Origin: Bugula neritina
Taxonomy: Eukaryota; Animalia; Bryozoa
Reading direction: 5' to 3'
DNA length: 64,000 nt
Assembly: GCA_964035545.1 (NCBI GenBank)
Contig: OZ037766.1
Coordinates: forward strand, 26,502,343-26,566,342
A model generated the notes under the pieces. That model saw nothing but the letters and a program-made list of their open reading frames with translations, had not been told where the DNA came from and searched no databases. Below, piece after piece: positions 12,201 to 24,200 of the stretch (position 1 is its first letter; the number at the start of each line of letters is the position of its first letter). The position numbers and the translations under genes were made by a program.

Positions 12201-15200
12201 CAAGGAACACTCTGGAGCTAGAGCTTAGCCTGGTAGGTTAACACTACAGTGGGCATATATAACAAGTTATCAGAAAAGTCTAAATTTTACAAAAATTAAC
12301 AACACAAATTTAATTATAGGACCTTTAGAGTTATAGCCTCAGCACCCTTAACTGCTATATAAATATTTTCTGTTTCGAAGGCATATGGCTCTGAAATTTT
12401 ATAATAGTTATAAGTTGTAAATGCTATATAGTAGCTGCAGTATATCTTGCTATTTTTCTGCTTTTAAAAGTATCTAACCTAAATCTAGGCATATAATTTA
12501 AATGAACATTTAAACTCTCAGCATGCATGTTGGCACTGCACTAATTTCATCATCATGTTCAATGTTTATATACTTTTTATGACAATTACTGCTTAGGGGT
12601 TGTCTTTCCAAAGTTTAGTCCCTGCAGTAACTCTGGTCAGTTATTGCTTTGAATTTAGGATTTAGCTATGAGTTTAGTGAGCAATTTAAAATAAAAGTTA
12701 AGTTGACTGAGCAAAAACTGTTTGTTCTACTTTTTAGCTTATAGTTGAGAACTTTTGATGGCAAAAATATTTGTTCAAAGGTCTGCTTCATATCAGAATG
12801 CAACATACTAGTATAAAATAAAAATCAGTTTTTGCTTCTCTAATTACTTTTAGCTAGGTTTGTGTGGGGAGCTTTGTTATATCATAAAACAAATATATAT
12901 TTTAGTAAGTTGGCAATGTTATAGGCCTTTTGATAAACTATAAAAGGCTAAGTTCAGATTCACAGAAAATTTGACTATAAAGATGTGTTGATGAACTTCT
13001 GCAGAATTGTTCAAACAGAAAGAAATTAAATATTTTTTCAGTGATTGTTAGGCGATAAAAACATTAGAATAAAACCCATAGGTTCCACTTGATGCCAAAC
13101 ATTATGCAAGTGGTTATTTATATCTGGCCTTTTCAATGCCTATATTCTGCAAACCAAAACCATTTTAGTGGGCCTTTGAAACCAATCAGTTGATGGGTAG
13201 TTTTTTCTCCAGCTTCAGATTTCATATTTGACCTGTTGAACAACTTTTTTTAACAGAGAGCTGCTTAAAAAATGAATGTGCCACGCGTTTCTGTTTTACC
13301 AAAACAAATAAAGCTTATAATTATAGGATTTAAGAATTGGGAGTTACCTGCTCAGCTACTACTGAATCAACTTTATCATTCATAGCTGTAACTTTATCCT
13401 CTACATTCCCGAGGTCGGTGGCAGCTGCTTGTTCTAACTCGTAGACACTAGAGATCTTTGCTGATAGTAAGTTCATCAACTTACTCAACTCTATCTTCAA
13501 CTTCTTAGAATATTCTGGTAGCTCTTCTATTTCGTGGTTCTTGCCACCTGCTAGATTATAGTAATGTGATTATAGGCATTGTGCTACCCAAACTGTAGCA
13601 AAGATGTGCATTTAGGAGCAGTAGTAGAGAAATTAAGAGAGCCTAAGTTCTTTGACTTTTTTATTAAAATTTAGTTTGGGGCGCGGGTTGAAATTTTTGC
13701 AAGAACATAATTTCTTTTGCTACGTTTCTAATCTATAGAGCACAGGCTTTTCTTAATTTCTCCCTTACTGCATCTACCTTAAAATACGCACATGAGATTT
13801 CTATTTACAAAAATGTTTTTAGGACATTACAAAAAACTATTTTTCTGTGACACCCAAGCTGGAATTATTGTCAAGTAAAAAATTATTTTCATAATGTAAA
13901 CTTAAAATCATGATTTACAAACTAAATCTACACAAAATATGTATACCATATGCATGCAATTAAAATATTTAATAGCACACGTGTTGTGAAATACAAAAAA
14001 GACCTAAATACAATAGTATTTTAGTAGATTTTTTGCATAAATTGTCAAGTTTTTGTGAGTAAAACCGAATAAATGACTAATTTATAATTTGAACAATACT
14101 ACTAAGTAGGCTAATGCTATGCTGACTGGAATTTAGTCTTAGTTACTAAATACATAATCAACTTGCTACAGATTTGACTGTAATTTAGCCTCAGTTACTA
14201 TATACACAGAGAACTAACTTTTAACAGATGAGCTGCACTTTTTGTCAGTGTTACAGGAATTGCAGAACGTCTTGTGACAGTTCCTGCATGCCTTCTGCAG
14301 TTCCTCGTCGTTGTGCTTGTAGCACGTGCGTACAGTGTATCTGTCGGGAGATTTCTTGTACTCATCCGCTGATATCTTCTTGTGCTGAGTTCTGGAGAAG
14401 GCATTCTGGTACTCATCGTGGTACTGAAATGTGAACCTTGTGCTATTAACAACTTTATACGCAAGACAGTGATTTAAAAGTTAGAGCAAGTACACTAAAC
14501 TGAAGAAAAATGAAAAGTATGAATTAATAATCAACTAATTCAACTGGGTTTTATGTTTATTTTGGATAGAATAAATTTATTAGTAATTCAAAACACAGTA
14601 GCCTAAAGCAATTTGTATATTTAGCTTAGTTTGCAAAAGTACTCTATATTATTTGTATCTCATAAGTGTTATTGGCCCGAAAGAGTATCCAGTTGTAACA
14701 CCAATATTGCTCTTTGCTAGAACACAGCTATGGTCTATTGTATTGTTTTTATAAAACTCAAATGCTGGTATGAGTCAGTCACATGTTGAGTTTTTGTTAA
14801 AAAACTAAAACTTTCAACAATTTATAAGTTTTTATTGTAAAGTGAAAACATCTGACTGAGGTCAAGGCCGCATTGAGCGGAGCTGAGAACAAAGTCTGTG
14901 TGAAAACCTGTTGCAAGAATTATAATTATACCACACACAGTAAATACATTGCCAAAGGGAGCAAAACTAGTTTAACCAGTTGTATTTTCTAATAACTAGC
15001 TGTACCTTTATAAATTATTTCCTTTTGAAACCTCGCTATTCTCACTAGCATTTTATACGTCAGACACAGAGCTAAATCTGCTTGTAAGAACTCACCTCCT
15101 CATGCCGTCTGCACATTTTCTTCTCACAGTCAACACAGAAAGTGATAGCCAATTTCTCATTATCCTTGCAGACGTCACAGTAGATTGGTGGTGACTCAGA

Positions 15201-16908
15201 ATCATCTTCTACCGACAGTATGACTGAACCCAGCTTTACCAGGTCTTCAACTTCCACGTCACCATGGTTCTTCCTGGAAAGAAATGCATATACTGGTGTA
15301 ATTGAGTAAAGGCCAAATCAACTTTTCAAGTGTTGCTTCACCAAGCCAAATATTTTCAAAAGCTTTGATTTTTGGTCTAGTGCTTTAGCTAACTATACTG
15401 CATAGTTATGCACATCCAAATTAGTATCCAGCCATGCATTCCTTTCATTATCTAATTATTTGTGTAGTTTTAAATAGAAAGTTAAAATTTAAATATAAAG
15501 AGTCTATAAATTATTATCAACTGTACAGTCTTTGAAAGAATAACACTCCAGCAGATTATAGTTGAGTAAGATGACTCGTGGAAGGAAAAAGTTTAATCCT
15601 TTGGGTGACACTGGAGAAACAACTCAAAGGTATGCTTCCTGACTACCTGTGAAGGTAGCAGATGTGATGCAGCTCACTCAACTCTAACAAGACATGCCTA
15701 ATTGTCTTATAGTAGTAAGCATAAATTGCGTTGTGCAAAGGTTTATTAAAACGTACAGCCCAAACTATTTCCTGTTCTAGTTTTAAGGTAAATATTGCAT
15801 TGGGAGAATTATTCAGACACTGTTTATGGTAATCCAAACATTCCATGAATACAATAATCACAAAATAATCACTCACTGGTATAATGCAATTGTAATATAT
15901 AATAATATGATATGCATAATTCTAGCATCTCCTCTATTCTCTACTGCATGGATAGCTTTAATCACAAAGTAGCACAAACAGCTGCAAAGACCAAGTCTTT
16001 CTGTTGACAGGGGATCTTATCCAATAAATATTTAATGCCACTGCAATTCCTTCTAACTTTGCCTAACATTTAAACCTGAATAAAAATTGTCATTGATTAC
16101 AATTTGCAATGTGCAGATGTGCTTCAAGTTGTTCTTTGAATTGTTTATAACTAGAATAGTATATGTTTTTATTGAAGTTTATGAAAAACCATAGAGTATA
16201 ACATAAAGAAATGCCAAGCTTTGGTGTGCTCAGTTTTGTCAGTTGTATGTATAAAACAGTGTTATATAGGCTTTAACTATTGGGAACTCAGGTACAATTT
16301 ATTTTTTGCATTATCTTGTATAAAACATATCAAATATTGTGCGTACTACTTTTACTATATACACCACCATATGTTGTATTATTTCCACAATATACCCCAT
16401 GTTACATTACATTACATTATTTGTGTGCCATGGTAATGTGTGGCTGACGTGACAATCGCTATGCTTTTCAAGCATTGATTTGAAAAAATTAGAAGCCAAT
16501 AGACAACCAAACTTAGTACTGCGATTTCAGCCTTATTTCAGTCTTAGTTCTATACTCTTATCAAGTATTGTGCCAAATATGGTAATATTCTGTTGCTTAC
16601 GTGACATTCAAGTTCCTCAAGTATCTCAAGTACTTAAGTACAGTCTACAGTACTACTCAAGTATACCTTGGACACAGTCTGCAGTACTACTCAAGTACTT
16701 CAAGTACAGTCTGCAGTACTACTCACTTGCATGTATGGCATTCAAGTATTTTGTTTTTCTCAAAGTCCGCCTGCAAACATTGGAGACAGAAGATGTGGGA
16801 ACACGGGAGCTCTCGCAGGTCTACTATGTACTCTACTTTTTCAAAACAGTAACCACAGCATTTGTCTGCCCTCTTCTCAGCAGTCACTCTGTTAATGCTT
16901 GTTGTCAT
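6241..16908 (-). CDS. TRIM-NHL-like E3 ligase, paralog B (RING, B-box1, B-box2, coiled coil, beta-propeller), ~621 aa
   Basis: Exons 16908-16727, 15273-15096, 14423-14219, 13547-13348, 8571-8295, 7721-7047 and 6389-6241 sum to 1866 nt in one open frame. RING CGYC..LPCSHIFCLQC..CHTC; B-box1 CDVC..CVDC..MC..H; B-box2 CYKH..CRNC..FCNSC; NHL-like repeats. Confidence 0.9.
6883..6975. mobile_element. Short dispersed MITE-like repeat, copy 2 (inverted)
   Basis: AGGTAGGTGCAG...AAATGTAGCAAAAGAAGTTGTGTTCTCGCAAGAAATTT is the reverse complement of the repeat at 1-124 and 13612-13779. Confidence 0.55.
8013..8190 (+). mobile_element. tRNA(Thr)-derived SINE, degenerate copy
   Basis: A-box-like GTGGTCTAGGGG, then AGCGTTTGTCTAGTAA (resembles the tRNA-Thr(AGT) anticodon arm) and a core GATGTTAGGAAGAGTATCCAGTCATAATTGCTCC shared with other copies in the window. 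Confidence 0.6.
9598..9725 (+). repeat. 5' LTR (128 bp)
   Basis: TGTAAGATGATC...GTTAACACTACA, identical to 12121-12248. Confidence 0.97.
9726..9743 (+). promoter_or_regulatory. Primer-binding site complementary to the tRNA-Ser 3' end
   Basis: TGGCGCAGTCGGCAGGAT directly follows the LTR. Its reverse complement ATCCTGCCGACTGCGCCA matches the metazoan tRNA-Ser 3' terminus including CCA. Confidence 0.85.
10038..11411 (+). CDS. Gag-aspartic protease polyprotein (457 aa)
   Basis: Capsid-like N-terminal region; two CCHC knuckles (CFRCDRTGHYVRNC and CYMCKEFGHIAQDC); retropepsin motifs FLLDTGSEVS and LLGIAD. The stop codon follows the protease domain directly. Confidence 0.93.
   Translation: MAHEDIKLDLNAFPKLKLDESNITKSWNSWLIQFKLSIEVTSLNAGFEVVGDEQVSRFRGRRKLLALLGAVGSEGLDTLQSLGFDLNNNSDDGYELALDLLQSHYDRDDTFYVKTMKFVTVTQACGENEIDYLLRVEKLSRAINFGNNDDVRMGFAVALAVNGLRNAGLRRHLLQHANLSWEQLKRKSRAAHLSKLTEDALNAINNECIDEQSIGRLTYSYQANGNSEHCKKRDKVLHRSNYDKITSINRDNSFSKKKEACNSYQHCSYKSQNAYKSHGRCFRCDRTGHYVRNCPKTRCYMCKEFGHIAQDCSDNERYHHKKRYVEQRENRIGVMDSLKSVKFSKKSDVTYNHNVSPKITRTLLVSGRRVEFLLDTGSEVSTLTEATAEKLNIKLKEPDKHITGVDKSLVNVLGRAKVCIGDFNRFVDTKIYVLANSTENLLGIADITRLKLLDLQC
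12107..12120 (+). promoter_or_regulatory. Polypurine tract
   Basis: GTAAGGAGGGAGCA immediately 5' of the 3' LTR. Confidence 0.8.
12121..12248 (+). repeat. 3' LTR (128 bp)
   Basis: Identical to 9598-9725 and followed by the TSD GTGGG. Confidence 0.97.
13612..13779. mobile_element. Short dispersed MITE-like repeat, copy 3 (most complete)
   Basis: Imperfect terminal inverted repeats GCAGTAGTAGAGAAATTAAGA and TCTTAATTTCTCCCTTACTGC. Homologous to 1-124 and 6883-6975. Confidence 0.6.
16612..16726. repeat. Short degenerate tandem repeat (core CAGTACTACTCAAGTA) starting at the splice donor of the TRIM B RING exon
   Basis: Three to four degenerate units of ~30 bp. Confidence 0.7.
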
Positions 16909-17094
16909 GGTGATAACAATCTGTTAATAATAAACAGCAACAACGATTTAAGTTGGTTTAAAATCTCTATTCCTTTATTAAAAAGGGACTTGCAAAGTAA
17001 ACTGAGGAATATGCATAGTGTGTCACAGTTGTTTCGGTGACGCACCATGCGTTTTCCACATTACACATTACCAATGACTTGGCATACACTGGCC

Positions 17095-17138
17095 AGGTCA
17101 GTGTTCTAACCCTTAGACCACAGCGTCTCCCTAAATTT
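17095..17138 (-). mobile_element. SINE head fragment
   Basis: The reverse complement AAATTTAGGGAGACGCTGTGGTCTAAGGGTTAGA matches the head at 8013-8046. Confidence 0.5.
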
Positions 17139-19138
17139 GTAACAGCATAATATATTTTATTTCTAGTCCATCACTAACATCTGTAAGATAAATTTGTAAG
17201 TTTTATAAAAAAACTAAATATTTTATGCAACTCTCTCTCTCATAAAAAATATTATTAGGCCATGTTAAAAACTATATAAGAAATTAATTAATCTATAATA
17301 GTAGGCCTTACAGTAAAATATAGTATGTTTATATGATTGAGTTGTAATTAGCTATATAATTTCAACTTGAAAGCAAAGTTAAATAACTGTTTATACAAAA
17401 GATTAAATGCTGATGACTGTTGATAAGAAAATAAAATAATTTAGTATTTAGTAAGGGAGAAATCCTGCAAGCTCGTCCCCTCCCAAGAAACTGTTACAGT
17501 AGGTAGTACATCTACCAATTAAATATTTTATTCTCCTGTATAAGAACCATCAGTGCAAATAAATTAGAAAATCACCTGTCTTTATGCTGTAAAGCAGCAA
17601 GTGCTTTAGCCAGCCTACATAACATACATTTATAATTAAATTGATGAAAATACTAAATTGTCACACCTGAATCACCTGAATTTTCTCATATCTACAAACT
17701 ACAGATAATCAGGTTTATTTGAATCATAAAATTAAAAACTACATTAGATATTTTTAGAGCTTTTAAAAAACTAAATTTTTCTACTTATTTTAAGTGTATT
17801 AATTTAAAAACAGAAGCTATAGTGTGATACATTTAACGATAAAATTTTATGAAATACCTTTTCAAAATTTTTCCTCAGTGTGTAAATATATCTCTCTCAC
17901 ACCCTGTTTACTGGATGAGATGCAAACATTCTTTCATGAAAACGCTTAGTGCCAATTTTACATATTACTACTCAGGGCAAAGCGCTTCTGGTGAAAATAG
18001 CGTGCAAGCAGTGAAGTTTGATTTGACGGTGTGATTAATGATACCTACTGATGGTAGATTTATTTGTGAGATGTAGAATACATGGTCTGTCGCATACAGC
18101 ACTGCAGCCTATTATTATGTGCATAACTAATGAGCCTGCTCTTTGTTTTATAGCGTGAAATTAAATATAGAATTCCTTTTTTAATGGGTGGTCAGTTTAG
18201 CCCTCGTAAATGCTATTTTATTGTGTCAAATAGTTTTAAATTATGTAAAAAAGAAACTTCCACAAATTAATCATTGAAACATGTTACTTCTATTTACATC
18301 ATGAATAGATTTAGCTCCAACTGTCCACTTAAAAGCTGACATTGGTATGCACTGAGCTCTGATAATTAATTTTAATGTTTCCAAAATACTCAAATCTATT
18401 TTGAGGAAAATCAGATTCTATCAGCTGTTATAGAAACATATAATAAATATCTAGTATCTAATAACATCTTTTGTCAAATAACTTAAGCAATATTGCCATA
18501 AAAGCAACTGTGTAAATAATTAAATACTTCTATGGACCAGTAAACACCATATTTTATAACTTTAGGATAAATAACTTTTAGCATAGCAAACAAAACCATA
18601 GCTATTTTTATTGTGTATTACATCTTTTGGAAATCAAAAATAATAATGCATGAAACCTGATTTAAAAAGGTTTTAATGAGTTGTCCAATTACAATGTGCA
18701 GATGGTTATGCCATGTAAACAACCAGTCAGCAAAAGGTGAGAAATAAACCAGAGAACGCATTATATATACAACATCGCGTCAAGTCTTCACTGTTTCTTT
18801 TTGATTTGTGGTCTAAAATAGATTCTGACAAATTTTATTACATTTACCATTGGGTATATGCTATCATAAAAAATCAGCCAATAACAATACTTAACAGTTG
18901 ATACATGCAAGGTATATGTTATATATGTTAAATTTAAATAATATCTAAATGAATTATATTACATTGTAATTATTATAACGTATTTGACATCAGCTTATCT
19001 CATCATTAACTAACATAGTATTACCCAGTATTTATCTGTATTATATTATGCACGACTACATTTGCATATACTCATAGGTGTTATGCCCTCTTGCACTTTA
19101 GTACACGCCATGAGTATTTGCATGCATGAAACAGTTCA

Positions 19139-19190
19139 GAGGTCACCTGAGGTTACTGAGGTCACCTAAGGTCACTTGAAGTCACCTGTA
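19139..19190. repeat. 10-bp tandem repeat GAGGTCACCT (about 5 degenerate units)
   Basis: GAGGTCACCT GAGGTTACT GAGGTCACCT AAGGTCACTT GAAGTCACCT. Confidence 0.7.
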
Positions 19191-19245
19191 GTGACTTTTA
19201 GTCATCTTCATAATACTTCTATATGTAACTGTGTTTGATCGATTT

Positions 19246-19315
19246 TGCTGTTACCCCCGGAGCTATGTTGGACAAGATCATGATCTTGTCCAACATAGCT
19301 CCGGGGGTAACAGCA
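19246..19315. repeat. Perfect 70-bp palindrome with no spacer
   Basis: TGCTGTTACCCCCGGAGCTATGTTGGACAAGATCA|TGATCTTGTCCAACATAGCTCCGGGGGTAACAGCA; 35/35 positions are complementary. Confidence 0.97.
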
Positions 19316-21290
19316 CTAGCTTCCATGCAGTTAACTTATATGTTTTATACTGTAAAAGGAATCAATAATAAAGTTGTTTTCTCTTGTTAGCAGAAGAAGA
19401 AAACTATAGAATTGCAATACAACAAATTAATTTTGTACACTTATAGCTGGTACAGCTGGTGTGTGTAAACACAATAATAGTATATGCATTGAATTTTATC
19501 TAACATTATCATGATATTGTTTGTAACATTATATCATTATATTCTATATATTTACATAATTTTACAGTGTTATTTCTTAATGATTTCTACTATAATGGCG
19601 TTGCAAAGTAATTTTCACCAGTGCATGATATATCTTTTGTTATGTATATTTTAAATCAAATAAATTATATTTCATATATTTTATTCAATTTATCTCATAC
19701 AGAGCATTTTAAATAATAACACATTTTATATAATTTATTTATATTGATAATTTTATATAAACATGACGTACAGCACATGCTACATTACACCTGAGCTGAT
19801 CCTGGCAGAGGGACTTTAGTGATATGAAAATATGTGCAATTTCTGGCATCATTTCCTCTCAACCAAGTATAGAATCTGAATCCACTATAATATGAGAATA
19901 TATTAATACACATTTACATATAAATAGTTTTGTTTCTCCACACAGTTCTCATATTTTGTGGAAGTTACATTGAATTAATTATAATGGTTTTCAAATTGTG
20001 GAATGTTTTGTGTAACACTAGGCTACATAGCGAAATGCAAATGAGTCCATTAAATTAGTATATTTTATTACTTAAGTAGTTGTACTACGTCTAACATTAC
20101 GTATGCTATAAACCTCATGCACATTGCAGTTCAGTTTACCTCTTCTTCTCAGTGTGAAATTATAGTGGAATCTATCCATGAACTAGCACAAAGGTAAGAA
20201 TATGATTCATATATGAAGTCTGTGTGTAATAAATGTTAGGATTTTCTTTTATACTTATAATTTCAATTTAAAAAATAATTTCCCTGCACATGAAACATGT
20301 TGGCATACACTATATTATACATGCTGTATGAAAATAATGCTACTATAGTATATTCAATATTTATATATAAAGTTTTAGAGTGGAGGGTGTGAAAGACAAC
20401 TAAAACATTTTTAAGAATTGCAAGAGTAACAAAATTGGTAAAAGAAGTTATGTTCTTCTAAAGTCATGACCTAAAACTATAACTTTTTAAAAAATTCAAT
20501 ATTAGTGCTAGAGTAGAATTTTATACTCCAACTTTTGGCATCCAGTGAAGTTAGTGGTTTAATTTTAAAGGATTATTTATCCATATAGCTACCAATTTTA
20601 GTATAGTAAATTAAAATCAGTAAGGCTATTCTTATCATTTATTAAAATAGTGTAACTTAAGGTTTTTTAGTCTTATTATAAATTGTTTAATGTTTTCTAT
20701 CAATAGTCATTGAGGGCATAATATATATAAGTTGCAATTTTTACAAGAGCATATTTTTATAAGGTATGATGTAATGCATGTATGACTAGCTAATGCTAAA
20801 ATGTCAACGGTGCGTTGTCTCCTTTGTGAGTCCTTCACTGCGGTGTTTGACACAATTGGCATTGATATAAGTAGGTATTCCTTGAAGTGCATAATTTGTG
20901 AAATTGTGTTGTATAGGAGGAAATAGCAAACATTTTCTAATGAAAAATCTACTTCCATGTTAGTGACAGCATAGACTATTTTGCTAAAAGAAACTAGTTA
21001 CTGTTGTCCCTAGATAGCCAGAGCAGTAAATATACGATAGTCTACCCACTTAAAAATATCATTCATGCCTGCCAAGAGATTTTTCTAGTTTGCTTCGTAA
21101 ACGCTAAATACTCTATTTCAAACAAGTTTCTGCATATATAATGTTGCAAACGTGTTTCAAAGTTAAGACTTCAGATCGTGTTGCCAAAATTACTTCTCGG
21201 TATGAATCAGAGTGTGCCTTAGAGCGTTTTTTATATCGATCTTGTTTTTCCTTCATTTAGCATGTTCTTGTTTCTGAATAGAGAGGGACA

Positions 21291-24200
21291 ATGAATGAGA
21301 CACCAGCAAAAATTGACAAAGCTCAGTTATGCAGACAAGAACGAGTTGATGGAAAAATCAGTGACGTGGGAACAAAGCATGAAGAAGAACCGAATAAAGA
21401 TAAACTAACTAGGCATGGCAGCCCAACAAAGGAGAGATCAAAAAATGGAGAGAATTTCATTAAAGACCGACTGACGGTGGCGAGCTCTAAGAGAGAACCG
21501 ATGTGCGGCCATTGCTTTGAGAAATATTCCAACATGTCTGAGCCGAGAAAGCTCCCGTGTGCTCACATCTTCTGCATGCCTTGCATCAAACTGGATGTCC
21601 AAAGAACGCATGCGCTCAGGTGCCCAACTTGCAAGTAGGTGTTTGTCTATTGCATTCTATTTATAGTGCTATTAGACAAAGCTAAATAAGCTTCACTATA
21701 TACATATATACAATATTCTTTACTGGAGTTGTCAGGGTTTACATTGCTCTGTATCAAACTTGCACTAATTGAGTGTGAATGCTTGACCACCACTGAACAG
21801 TTAGTAGTTTTGATCTGCTGCATGTATTAACAGAAAACTCATGTTTCCATAAATATATATTTTCATAATGACAAGTAATGCAATATGCAAACAAGAATTT
21901 TATACAAAAGAAATTCTATTTAGTGTGACATATGAAGTTGCAACTCAAAAATTAAAACAAATTTGAAAAAATACTGCAGACAATGTAAGCTAAATAATGC
22001 AGCTCATGAATTACAGACTTTGAAATCTTTGGAAAATTTTTACATTCCTTTAATCCCAGTGTTGTGAAAGCAAATTTGCTGAATGATAATTAATTTGTAG
22101 TTACTTATAATGTTCAGCCTTGTCTAATATTTAATATCTACACTCTATCATGTCTGCAATTTAAATTAAAACTGTTAGCAGATTCTGCTAACTCATATAC
22201 TACATTATATTTATGTATACTAAAACATGCATTTGAAAATTTCAAAGTAATGTATCACTTTTATTTTCAGATGTGAATACATATTACGTTGCATATTTCT
22301 ATTAAACCTGTTTTAAAATTCTTGTCCTATGTAGCTACACTTCAAATTTTCAACCCTGTCACATCACATCAACTGTAGACTCTGTACCAGGTAATGGCTA
22401 ATACAACTGTAGCTATTAGACAGTCTTGCAAACCTCCCCCTCCATCACATAAACTATAATAAATTAGAGAACAGTTGGCTTTGAAATTGAATAGTTTCCT
22501 AATGAGGCTCAGCAAATTCAATGAAATAGAAAAGCTACTAATTCATGACAGTTATGAATTATACAATATTTTAAAAGCATAAGATTCTAAACAGTTTGTT
22601 TATTTTTGCTCTAAACATTTATTATTTACAAACATATTTAGTACTTTGCTTAAAATCAGAAAAAGTTTAAAAATATCATCAGCCAATAACTAAAGACCTT
22701 GGCCTGGTTGTATTTTTAGAGATTTAATTTAATTTATTTTATACCATGAAGGAAATGAAGTTTAATTCTCACATATATTGTTTTGCTAGAGAAGATCACA
22801 GTCATATAAACATATACGACCTTCCTAAAATAGTCAGACTAGTAACTCCTACTATCACTCACTTGGAAAAGCTTCCAGAAACTAATGAAGAAGATGATGA
22901 GGAAATGCCAGTCAGCCAGTTGTGTGACGTCTGCACAAAGGAAGCAAAAGAAGCCATTTCCTTCTGCATTGAATGCAGCAAGAAGATGTGCGATAAGCAC
23001 TTAGAGGTTAGTTTAATTTAATACATATCTTTCCTGTGCCAACTGACAATACTGATGAAATGCTATCTAATAAGAACCTCAATTTGAATCCTTGTATACC
23101 AAAATTGTAAATGTTGAAAAATGTTGAAATACTCAATAAGAGTTAGTTTTTCGTATATACAGCTATAACTACAAGAAAGCTACAAGCTTGTAGCCTTTGT
23201 TTTATTAAAATTCAAGTATTGCATACTGCGTCATGCTTAACTATTTAAATTAGCTGTTCTCTAGCACAAGTGCTTCTAGAAAGAAATTGGCATTAAAACT
23301 TACTAAAGAAATTAACTATCATATTAAAAAGTTCTGTTAATTTTATACATGCATGTATTCATAATGCATAACGGACTTTGGAGCCAGTAAAAAACGCAAT
23401 TGTAATTTATGCCTATACTTACGCTTGTAAGGCTTGAAAATCCATATTGATTTTTTGTAATATACCCTACTCATGATTCCTAATTTGAGTCAGTGTGAAC
23501 AGCCTGAGGAAACAGGTGCAGAATTTTATTTTTCCAACTAGCATAAGTTCTAGAGAAACCTTTTAGGATCGGAAGTTTTCTGACTACATGAAGGAAAATA
23601 TATCACAAACGCCAAACCAAAAATGATAAACCTGAGCTAAGCGAAACCTGCATTCTTGTGTCTAATACCAACTTAGTCTTATTTTAGAGGCCTACATTAT
23701 AGTTGCAGTGACTAGAGCTAGCAGTTATATTATTAAAAACAATAATTTCATGTGGCGACTAACAATTGAATGTCATTTTGGAAAAGTCTTCAATAGTATT
23801 TCTATTAGTCGCCATAGATGCAAATAATGACATTATTTTTCTGAATCTGGTACCTGAAAACTAATATACTAGGGTGGGCGTCAAACAAACTGTTGGCTAT
23901 TAGCGATGACTGAAAACTAAAACAAATAGAAAAGTCATTATACAGTTTTTAATGCTGTAATTGCAAATAGTATAGACTGTTTATGGGTGTCGTTTGGAAT
24001 TTTAATCAATTTATCAAATAGAAATTATTTAATGCACTAACGAAAGTGTTTTTCTTGTAAAAAGGAAGTATGCATCAACAATATTTAGCATATGAGTTGA
24101 AAAACAACGAATTCACACGGTTTAGTTTGTATGTCATGCAAGCTAATGTTAGTTGCCAATACATTGTTTTCATGCCACTTTGTAAAAAACTAATGATTGG

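Larger units (their letters stand above)
9598..12248 (+). mobile_element. Non-autonomous Ty3/Gypsy-type LTR retroelement (2,651 bp) encoding Gag-protease only, in intron 4 of TRIM B (antisense to the host)
   Basis: Identical 128-bp TG...CA LTRs, TSD GTGGG at 9593-9597 and 12249-12253, PBS, PPT and a single Gag-PR ORF. No pol motifs are visible. Confidence 0.95.

Noticed and set aside
16480-17040. 186-aa plus-strand ORF and other antisense ORFs over the TRIM, Gag and transposase exons
   Set aside because: Shadow ORFs opposite real coding exons or repeats, with no recognisable motifs.
23745-23820. Inverted repeat ATGTGGCGACTAA / TTAGTCGCCATA
   Set aside because: Probably part of a decayed transposon; element boundaries could not be defined.
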